Origin: Lachnospirales bacterium | Lineage (GTDB): Bacteria > Bacillota > Clostridia > Lachnospirales > CAMZNU01 | Direction: 5' to 3' | DNA length: 64,000 nt | NCBI GenBank assembly: GCA_047974375.1 | Contig: JBKECF010000015.1 | Location: 50,185-114,184, forward strand | Shown: positions 29,641 through 39,500 of the stretch, one piece after another | Layout: each line of letters begins with the position of its first letter | Position numbering within the stretch: the stretch's first letter is position 1 | The notes under the pieces: model-generated | What the model was told of the DNA's origin: nothing | Seen by the model: the letters and a program-made list of their open reading frames with translations, nothing else | Databases searched by the model: none | Program-made: the position numbers and the translations under genes

Positions 29641-30655
29641 CTACCATAACTCCACCTAATAATTTTGGATTAAACTCAAAAAGTATTTTTAAATATTTCT
29701 GAATAGAACTTTTTGCCTCTGTAGCCGTTATAAAATCTAAAGAGCAATTTGGTATAGCAGGTTCAAGTATTTTAGTATTCAGCCCTATGCCTAATTTCTC
29801 GTAGTTGACTCCAGCCACAAGGGGATTATCATTAACCCAACTTACGGATTCATCATAATTATTAATAAATTTAGAAACAAACTCAGGGTTGCTTTCTATT
29901 AGACTTGTATTAACTATTAACGAAGCTTGTGGATAACTCTCAAAGCCTGTTAGCTTTTCCCATTCGTCTTGTAAATTTATTGCTACAAATGCCTCTTTAC
30001 GTTTCATTAACATACTAGTTAAAAGTGGTTCTGGTGCTATAACTGTGTCTATTTCACCAGCAATAAAATTAGATGCAAGTTCTGGAGCACCAGAAAAATA
30101 TTCCAGCGTTAAGTCATCCTCAGTATCAATATTATTGCCATTTAAAATGTATCTAAATAATGCGTCTGGTGTTAAATCTCTACCTATAGCCCCTACTCTT
30201 TTGCCTTTTAAATCTTCTAAGGTTGATATATCTTCTGTTGTAGCAATATATAAAATTCCCCATACACTTGTTCCAACCAATTTATAATTAGTGCCCTTGT
30301 TATATAAAGTGGCGGCTAAATTAGTAGGAACTATTGCAATGTCTGCATCATTATTAATCAATGTAGTACTTAAAACATCTGTAGATTCTACTAACTCATA
30401 TGTTACACTTATCCCTTCTGATATAGTTGGAGTTTCTGTAATCATCTTTACCATACTTAATGCGGGCGTACCATTAGGAATTATAACTTTTACCTCCGCA
30501 TTCTCCATTGTGGTATCTGATTCTTCTTCTGCTAAATTCTCTCTTGTTCTATTTGCTTGTTCAACTGTTTGTGATGAAGTTGCAATATCTCCACCTCCTC
30601 TACTACAACCAACTAGTGCAAAAAAAACTAAAGTTAATGATATTATTTTTTTCAT
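29618..30655 (-). CDS. ABC transporter substrate-binding lipoprotein, NMT1/THI5-like
   Basis: Lipobox LVGCS, 345 aa, NMT1-like pattern. Ligand unknown. Confidence 0.7.
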   Translation of the reverse strand: MKKIISLTLVFFALVGCSRGGGDIATSSQTVEQANRTRENLAEEESDTTMENAEVKVIIPNGTPALSMVKMITETPTISEGISVTYELVESTDVLSTTLINNDADIAIVPTNLAATLYNKGTNYKLVGTSVWGILYIATTEDISTLEDLKGKRVGAIGRDLTPDALFRYILNGNNIDTEDDLTLEYFSGAPELASNFIAGEIDTVIAPEPLLTSMLMKRKEAFVAINLQDEWEKLTGFESYPQASLIVNTSLIESNPEFVSKFINNYDESVSWVNDNPLVAGVNYEKLGIGLNTKILEPAIPNCSLDFITATEAKSSIQKYLKILFEFNPKLLGGVMVDEGFYFE

Positions 30656-30657
30656 AA

Positions 30658-31386
30658 TTAAAATCCCTTCTTAGTTAATAAATTTATAATTTCTTTTCTT
30701 ATTTCATTATGTTCGGCTGTGTTTATATTCCTTATCTCTATAGATGTATTTACAAAAAATTCTTTTAAAATCCTTGTTGGCCTTTTGGATAAAACTACAA
30801 TTTTATTACCAAGTAATAGAGCTTCATCTATATCATGGGTCACAAATATAATGGTATTTTTATTTTTCTTCCATAAATTGGTCAAATAGTTTATAAGACT
30901 AATTTTCAAATCGTAATCTAAAGATTTATAGGGCTCATCCATTAATAAAACCTTTGGATTAAAATAAAACCCTCTAGCTAAAGAACAACGTTGACGTAAT
31001 CCACCGCTTAATTCATGTGGATATTTATCTTTAAATTCATAAAGTTCAAGGTCTTTTAGTATTTCCATTATTTTCTTTTTATTATTGCTTTTTACAATGG
31101 AAACATTGTTATAAACTGTTTCCCACGGCAATAGCCTATCTTCTTGAAAAATATATCCTACATCCATACTATTTATATTAACTTCACCTTTATAATTCTT
31201 ATTTAAGCCAGAAACAACATTAAGTATGCTTGTTTTACCACAGCCTGATGGTCCAATAATACAAGTGATTTCATTTAAACCTATTTCTAATGTAAAATCT
31301 TTATATACTTCAATATCGTTAAAATTCAAATATATATTTTCTATAATCTTTTTTGTTTCTATGACTACACCTCCACAAAAAAACAA
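30658..31386 (-). CDS. ABC transporter ATP-binding protein, NitT/TauT family
   Basis: Walker A GPSGCGKTS, LSGGLRQR, LLMDEP. The start is uncertain: the track start is TTG 31386, but a strong GGAGGTG RBS lies inside the first codons, 7 nt before an in-frame ATA. Confidence 0.8.
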   Translation of the reverse strand: MFFCGGVVIETKKIIENIYLNFNDIEVYKDFTLEIGLNEITCIIGPSGCGKTSILNVVSGLNKNYKGEVNINSMDVGYIFQEDRLLPWETVYNNVSIVKSNNKKKIMEILKDLELYEFKDKYPHELSGGLRQRCSLARGFYFNPKVLLMDEPYKSLDYDLKISLINYLTNLWKKNKNTIIFVTHDIDEALLLGNKIVVLSKRPTRILKEFFVNTSIEIRNINTAEHNEIRKEIINLLTKKGF

Positions 31387-31434
31387 TATTTTTAAATTAA
31401 TAAGTCATTATAAGTTAACAAACTTTGTAAGTGG

Positions 31435-31463
31435 ATTATAACACAATTCTTAAAAAATAAAAC
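31435..31463 (-). promoter_or_regulatory. Extended -10 promoter of the NitT/TauT-type ABC operon, with its -35 position at the IS boundary
   Basis: Minus strand TGTTATAAT (TG-n-TATAAT). 17 nt upstream lies GTTTTA, which abuts the terminal IR of the decayed IS that begins at 31463. Confidence 0.45.
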
Positions 31464-32520
31464 CTGAGTTTTACAGCAAAGCGACTGGTGAAATACCCAA
31501 ATTCTTTATTTCATAAAGGTTTTCGGGTATATAAACATTACAGAAAGGAATAGCTATAAATAGTTGTCCTTAATTTTCGTTTTTAGCTTAATTTTAAATA
31601 TTTTTTGTTTAAATTTATATTAGTTTTTTCTTCAATTTTTTTGACAGTTCACTTTGCTTATTTAAAATATAAATTCCGTCTTCTAATTCTCTACAAGCAA
31701 GAGATAATAGCTATTTTTGTAACCTCTCTACGGAATTGTTCTAAATAATTTTCTAATACTCGTAATGTAACTAATACTATATTACATATTAAAAATATCC
31801 TTTTATATGTCCATCAATCTTTACATATACTGGTCTTCCTTGTAAGTCAGATTTTATTGCTTTAAAGCTTCCTTTCATTTGTCATAATCTCTATATTATT
31901 CAACTATGTCTAAATAGTTTTTTTCTAAATCACTTGTGACTATTCCATCTAAATTTTTATCTTGTTCATATTTTTGTGACAAAAAAACTACAATTTTTTC
32001 ATTTCCGGTTTCACTCTTTACAATACGTACCCTTTTGAAAAACTTAATTTAAAATGTTTTAGACTCATTATAAATGTATCAGTCTTTATTTAATATTTCC
32101 GTTCGAGACGCTTTACTGCTACCTGTAATTTTTTGAGAAACTACATATACGTTGTTATTTTCTACCATATACAGTAAGTTTTAACCGCTATTTAAACCCC
32201 TATCTACCGTTAACTTAATATTGTCAATGTGCAAAGTTTTTTGCATTTTCTAAAAAAGGTTTTACTGATGATATATCAGCTGTATTCCTTTAAATAAATC
32301 ATACGATATAGGAATGCCATTTTTATCTATTAATATAGCCATCTGTACTAGTAGATTTTTCCTATTTTCCTTAGAAATTCTCTTTTTCTTTAGTCCTTCT
32401 TCTTTTTTTGTACATAGTTATTTTTTCCTCCTTCGGTTAAAAATACTTTACACGTATTTTTACTATTTTTTAAGGCATTCTTACTTTGACGTTTACGTTA
32501 TTTCAGATGTAAAACTCAGG
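31463..32520 (-). mobile_element. Decayed, shortened IS4-superfamily (IS1634-like) element with recognisable terminal inverted repeats and a multiply disrupted transposase
   Basis: 13-bp IRs: CCTGAGTTTTACA (31463-31475) and TGTAAAACTCAGG (32508-32520). Hand translation of the minus strand from ATG 32415 gives MYKKRRRTKEKENF*, then ...NRKNLLVQMAILIDKNGIPISYDLFKGNTADISSVKPFLENAKNFAH*, then IDNIKLTVDRGLNSG*. These are IS1634/IS4-like motifs broken by stops and frameshifts. Confidence 0.65.
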
Positions 32521-32660
32521 ATAAATATTAAATATTAAAAAGGGGCATTTGCGAAATGCCATAAATAACAAAAGGAGTAAAAATAAGCAAGGACGCACTA
32601 TACAGATTCACAAAAAATATATTAATAAAAGAAATTTCAGAAGACATACATTACCAGTTT

Positions 32661-32766
32661 ATCGGTAAGAATTAGACCCCCACCTCAATGTATAATAGTT
32701 GCGGAACTGTCTAAGTCGCCGTTCAGTGGGGGTACTAGCCCCCACTGACAGATAGGTCGATTGACT
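32661..32766 (+). repeat. Copy 1 of an unclassified ~100-nt structured dispersed element
   Basis: 87 of 106 positions are identical to 63673-63778 in a gapless hand alignment. Perfect 10-bp hairpin TCAGTGGGGG/CCCCCACTGA (32723-32748). Confidence 0.75.
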
Positions 32767-32769
32767 GAA

Positions 32770-33354
32770 ATATTAAAAGAAGAAAATGATTATATAAATG
32801 AATATGGAATGGAAAAGAAAAGTGCAATAAGCATAAAAGGAATAGAAAAGACATAAAAGAAAATAGCAGAAAATAGAAAAAAACTTTCAAACAAGCAAAT
32901 ACTAGAAATAGACGGAATATATGTGTGTTAAATGATAACAACGCAAAGGAAACTTGAAACAATAATGGAAGTTGAAGGTATAGAGAAAGTAGCAGTAAAA
33001 GGGCAAAGAAAAAGTGAACACCAGAAATTAGCATCAAGATTTCATGCTATAGGAAAAAGATTAGAAGAATACAAGAAAAATTTTGAAATAATGAGAACAG
33101 ATAGAAATAGCTACAGGAAAACGGATACAGATGTAATATTTATGAGGACAAAAGACGATCATATGATGAATGATCAATTGAAGCCGTGTTACAATCTTCA
33201 GTTTGCAGTTGAAAACTATTTTATAATACATACATATATTTCAAATAATAGAACAGACTACAATACACTAACTCCAGTAGTTGAAAAACATAAAGCTATG
33301 GAAGAAATGTGGCATAAATGTATAGGCAAACATAAAACTAAGATAACCCTATAG
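32770..33354 (+). pseudogene. Internal fragment of an IS1182-family transposase
   Basis: ...RTDRNSYRKTDTDVIFMRTKDDHMMNDQLKPCYNLQFAVENYFIIHTYISNNRTDYNTLTPVVEKH matches the conserved IS1182 core ([30 protein letters not shown]). N- and C-terminal parts and IRs are absent. Confidence 0.7.
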
Positions 33355-33461
33355 TTGATAAAAATATACAATCTCAGGGTGGCTTCTCTGTGCTATTTTT
33401 TAAATTAAAAAAACTTAACTCAATATTATAAAATTTACAGAGCCCTTTAAAATCAATTAAT

Positions 33462-33517
33462 AAAAAAAGGCCTTGCGATTTAGCAAAAAACGCTATTTCG
33501 CAAATGACCCTTTTTTT
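33462..33517 (-). terminator. Terminator of the giant surface-protein gene
   Basis: A-run, long imperfect hairpin (GGCCTTGCGATTTAGC...GCTATTTCGCAAATGACC), then a T-run. Lies 18 nt after the stop. Confidence 0.6.
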
Positions 33518-33534
33518 ATATTGCTAAAAATATT

Positions 33535-36500
33535 CTACTCCACTATTTCGTATTCATCACCAAAATTTCCTTCATAATGACCTTTATGACTATTTAATGA
33601 TTCTAATATATGATAATAAGCCCAATGTGCTTGGTTTAAATCATTTGGTATTTCGAATTGTGATAAATACTTTCTATTTGGAATTCTATTTGTCCCATTG
33701 TTTATCATAACTATTACTTCTGCTCTTGTTGCTAGTGCATTAAAGTCATAGTCATTTAAGCTAAATCCGTTATATAAGCCATTTGAATAAGCTTTTATAA
33801 TAAAAGGCGTCGCCCAATTATTCGGATCTAACGGCAATGCATTTACCTCGCTATTATTAACTGTACCAAATACATTTGATAATATTGTAGCCAATTCAGC
33901 TCTAGTAATATTTTTGTCTGGCTTGAATGTTTCATCTTCATAGCCATTTACATATCTCTTTATTGTCATATAATTTACTGCTTCTGCATACCATTTGTCT
34001 TGGTCTATATCCCTTAAAGTTGTGGCAGCGTAAATATTTTTATCAGTTTTTTCATCATATAAAATATTGTATAGCATAACAACAACTTCTGCACGTGTAA
34101 TCTCAAAGTCCGGTTTTACACTTCCATCAGGATATCCATTTACATATTTTTCGTGTTCATATGCTGTTCCAGAATAATCCACTCCTCTAGGAACATCAAC
34201 ATAAACTGTTTTAGTGCGATCAGTATTTACATGTATAACTTCTTTTTCTATTTCTTTTTCTACCTTACTATATTTAAATTCATATGTTGCCTCTACTTCA
34301 GTTCCAATTGTTATTGACTCATTAGTTGGTTTGTAGCCATCTCTATATGGTGCAAAAACAACTTGACCTGGGTAAACATCAACGGAAGTATTACCAATAG
34401 ACGTTCCATTATATGTCATGTTAATAGTAGTAGGTACTGTAGGCTGTACTAATGTTACCGGTTCATAGTAGAAACCTACTTTTGTATCATCATTAACGAC
34501 TTCATTGTAATAAACCTTCTGTGAGTTTTGTCCATTTATAGAAGAACTCATAAAATTATAGTTTTGAACATTTAATGCATATTCAGAAAAATATTCACCT
34601 TTAATAATTCTTCCTTTTACTGGGTTGAATTTTATACCAAGTAAATTTGGACTTAGTAATACTCCAGATTTGTCAAAGTAACTTATTTCAACGTCTTTAT
34701 AATCAGCAGTAAACTCATACGTAATAGTATGGTCCTCGTAAGTATCACCACTACCCATTGTAAAATCTTCACTTCCGGATATCAAACCACTATATATATA
34801 TGGTGGTGATATTAAGCCTTCTAATTCGCCTTTAACTTTATTTGCCTCTGCTGATGTGTATTTTCCGCCAGCGTCAACTGCATCATCTAATTGCGCCAAT
34901 AATGTATATTTTTTTCCATTAATTACTTCTGTACCATCTTTATCTTCTACAACTGCTCTTATTAAAACATTCCCTGTAATGTTTCTGTAGTAATAATTTA
35001 CAGTTTGATTATGCTCTACTTTTATAATCTGCCTTAATTTTTCAGTGTTTTTATTAGTATTTATTACATAATTATTTTCAAAAGGAGCTATTACTGTTGT
35101 AAATTCACCATTCGAAACAGTATATTCTGAATTCAACAAATTTGGTGCTAAACTAGCCTTTTCTGTTTCAGACATAGTACTAAGGAGAGTTGTGTTGTCT
35201 TTATCATAAATTTCTACATTATGATTAATATTCAACTTAGACATAATACGATTGTACAAGAATGTAAATCCGCTATCTATACCATAAGTTAACTTTTTAT
35301 TAAGGTTATAGTTTTCATTAATTTCGTATCCCATTTCCAAAGCTTCACTTGGTTTAATAGGAGAAATGGTAATTACTTCACCAACATTTCCCTTTAGTAC
35401 TTCTGTTTTTACTACAACTTGATATCCATTTACATAGGATATATGTTTAATATTCAGTGTACTTGGTACTGCTATTTTATTAAAGTAAAATATATACTCT
35501 TGAGAATTTGTTACGTTCTCGAATGTTTTATAAGACAATCCATCAACTTCATATTCCGCAATATGAGGGGCATGAACAGTAACAGTTCCACCTTCTATAA
35601 CAGGTATAACAGATTCTTCTGTAAAGTTTAAAACTTCATTAGTAGTTTTATCTTTCGCTACTATAGTTATTGCTAAGTTAGACATTTCGTATAAAAATAC
35701 AACTTCCACATATCCAGAAACAAAAGTTGCCTCTTTATATGGCTCATCTTTTAGCTTATATCCAGTAAATTCGCCAAGCTCTTCTGCTGCACCTATTCTA
35801 ACGGTTTCGCCTATTGTTCCATTTTTAGATTTAAAATCAAGTATTTTATATCCGCCTTTTCCGTCAGATACTTTAGCTATAATATTTACTACTCCATCAG
35901 TCACAATTGTATAATCAACAAGCTGGTATTCAAATACAATATTATACTCTGGCTCAGATACTGTTTCACTATAGGAGCTTTTAGTTGATGTTAAATTGTA
36001 ATAGTCAATATTTACAGCATACTCATTAAACGCTTCACCATATTGCATTGTGTATGTAGATGTTGGAAAAACTTCTACGCCAAACTGGTCTACGTATTTT
36101 ACAGTAATTACAGAATCAACATCTTTATATTTCAATTCTATAATATTTTTACTTAAATCAGAACTTACATTATCAAGAGTTGTAGTACTTGTTAAATCAT
36201 ATAAATAACCTGGGGCTAACGCACTTGATATCTCATTGATTTTATCTTGAGTTACTGTATAAGGGCTATTTGTTGTTGCTTCAACACCTCTTACTAATAA
36301 AGTATTTCCTTTGCTGTCAACTGCATGTAAAAAAACGTTACCTTCTATTGGTATGTATCTATATTCAACTGCTATGTCAGTTGTTCCCACTTCAGTAACT
36401 TTTCTAAAAGTTTCGCTACTCTTTAACTGATAGTCATCTATTAACATAGCGCTAGAAGTAAATTTAGAATTTGTGTTAACATCAACAGTCGATGTAGATT

Positions 36501-39500
36501 CAATAACATCACCACTTGCAGTTTCTTTAATATGGTTTACTGTTAGCTTCACTTTATTTCTTTTAAAAGTAAATACCACTTCTTTGTCATTACCAAATAT
36601 TGCTTCTTGAACACCATCTCCTACAAGAGTCCAATCATCTGGATTATAAATTTCATTTTCATAATTGCTTATAATCACAGATGCTAATTCTTTCCTTTGG
36701 CCAGTTAAAACTTTTGAGCCTATAATATATTTACCATCGTCCGATATACCTTTAATAACTAGATTTTCGTCCATATCAATATTCTCGTAAACAAAAGTAA
36801 ATTCTGTATTAGCCACTATTCCTGTACCCTCAGCGTTATTTTCCGCTACATAAGGCGCTTTTATTTCATATCCTACTACAGGTGGTGCATAAATTAAATA
36901 TTTACCACCTTTATTGTAAGTAAAAACTTTACTTGTTTCACCATCATAAAAACTTAATGGATTCCCATCTAAATCTTCAGCTTTTATAGTTACAGTATAA
37001 GTGTCTCTTTCATACAAGAAAACTATCTCCTTATGTTTATTTCCATAAGGCATTGTTTGTATATTATCGCCACTTAGACTATAGTAACCTATAAAGTTTT
37101 CCGCCGAGAACTCCTCGGAAGCGTTAATTGTTAAAGTGCTTCCTTGATCAGCTGTATAAACTTTGTAATAAAGGATGTCTTGTGTATCTTTATCCTTAGC
37201 CATAACAGTAATTGATCCACCAGCTATTTTGTAATAAAAAGTATGGTTATAGCTACTTTGGCTAGCACCTTCTACATTATATAAAGCAGAGGATTTACTT
37301 GTATCCAAATAATAATCATCTACACTTTTTGCAGATTCACTAATTGCCGTTCCATATGGTACAGTATAAGTTTTTTGTGCAGAAATAGATTCATTTGCAC
37401 TATCCACATAATTAATTGTTACTGTACTTAGCTGCTCTTTGTATATAAAAACTACCACAGAATCTTTTTCTACGAGAGATAAAGTATAAGGTGATTGACT
37501 ACTAGGCTCTAACACATATCTTGGGCTCAACATTGCATTTAAGTCATCAGCCGTTACCTTTACATTTTTATCACCAATTGGATAGTCTGTAGATGAACGT
37601 ACCAGCACTTTACCTGTTGGACTGTCTAGCCTAGCTTCTATAACAACACCCTCTTGTAATTTAATATATGTAAAGGATTGAGTCTTACTACTATCATTAG
37701 CAGTTATTGTCTTCTTATAACTATCTGCATTTTTATCTTTTAATTCGTATCCATCCACAACTTTAGCAGTTATAGTAAGTTTATCATTTAAAGGTACATT
37801 AAATACATCTGTTCCTAATACTAATCCTGTTCCGTCTTCAACATAATTCACTGTTATATCAATCATTTTTCGTGTATATGCAAAAGTTACTTCTTCATCT
37901 ATTCCATAAACTACATCTTTACTTGTTATATCTTTACTTATATCTCCGTCTGCTGTATATAATCCAACTAAAGTCCAGTTTGGAAGGTTCGTCTTTGCAT
38001 TTATCTTTGTTGTTGTTGATTCATTCCCGTTGTGAATTTGTGAATAAACAGTATTGCCTGTTGCTTTACCACTGCTATCTACTTCTATACCCTTTGAAAC
38101 AACTAATTTACCAATAGGCTCATAATAGAAAGTTGCTGTTTCAGCAGACATTACATTAGTGTAATTTATAAAATCATCACTGTTTTGGTCGTCTTTATCA
38201 ATCCCTATAACACTATAGTTTTCAATATGAGGAGCATTTATCATTATACTATCGCCCTCTTTTATTGGAACAATATTATCTGTAATTGGTAAATTCTTAC
38301 CATCCTTATCTTTCGCTACAATTGTTACATTTAAGCTTGTAGGCTCGTACAAAAATTCAATGTTTACAAAACCATTAGTATACACAGCTGACTTTTCTTC
38401 ATTATCCTTTAGTTTATATCCTACAACATCACCAAATATGGCAGTAGCATTAACAATTTGTTGTTCACCTATTGTTCCAGAAATCGATTTAAGAGCTAAA
38501 GTATTGCCATCTGTTCCCTTAGCGATTATATTTATTACACCATCTGTTACAATTTCATAATTAACTCTCTCGTAAGTAAAAGTAATTGTATGTGGCGACT
38601 CACTTACTTTTGATATTTCTTGATGATTAACCGATGTTAAATTATGAAAGTCAACATTAATTGCATATTCTTCAACAGGTTGGTCAAATTGAGCCTTGTA
38701 AGTTTTTGGTGGTATTATATCTATTCCACCTTCATCTACATATTTTACTATTATGTCAGACATTACCTTTGTATAATAAAGATTAACAATATTATCTGCT
38801 GGTGTTGCTGTCACAGTTAAACTTGTTTCACTAGCTTCATCATATTTATAGGCTGCCGAACTGTTTGTCTTTAAGTCTGATGGCATAGCAGTATATGTAT
38901 CTCCAATATTTCCGCTATAATATTTTCCTTCGAGTATCTCTCCTGTTTCCTTATCTTTTGCTACTACTAGAATGTTACCAGATGCAGAAACATAATTTAT
39001 TTCTACAGTTAAATTACTTGTTCCAACTGCAATTACTTCATATGGCTGTTGGTCTGTAGCGTACTCATAGTTATTAATAAATTTAGCATTTACGTTATAG
39101 TTGCTTTTTGTTGGTACTGAAATAATTTCGCTATCTGCAATTTCAGCGCCACTACTATTAACATATTTCACCGTTAAATCAACCATTTTACGTTTAAATT
39201 TAAATTTAACTTCCTTATCTGTACCAAATATTGCTTTTTTACTTGCTACATCAACTAATTCCCATTTATCTAAATCTATATATGCGTAATAATCACTTAC
39301 ATTTATTTGTTTTTCTATTCCTCTATCACCGCTTATTACACCGGTATTTATAATTATCGTTTCATCATCTGATATAGCTTTAATTGATAAATTTACAGTT
39401 CTATCAATTTTTTTGTATTTAAATGTATGTGTAACATTCGCATTAATATTACTTCCACTTAAAAAAGGTGGATCCGATATTACTTCATAACCAGTTACTG

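Noticed and set aside
31387-32660. TPP (THI-box) riboswitch upstream of the NMT1/THI5-like ABC operon, either adjacent or displaced beyond the IS
   Set aside because: No CUGAGA / ACCUGAUCUGGAUAAUGCCAGCG-like core appears on the minus strand in either location. The ligand of the transporter therefore remains unknown.
32314-33037. ORFs 32314-32538 (+) and 32735-33037 (-), with Phe/Leu/Ser-rich products
   Set aside because: They are low-complexity translations of IS debris and of the purine-rich strand complement. They have no RBS and overlap the transposase pseudogene frames.
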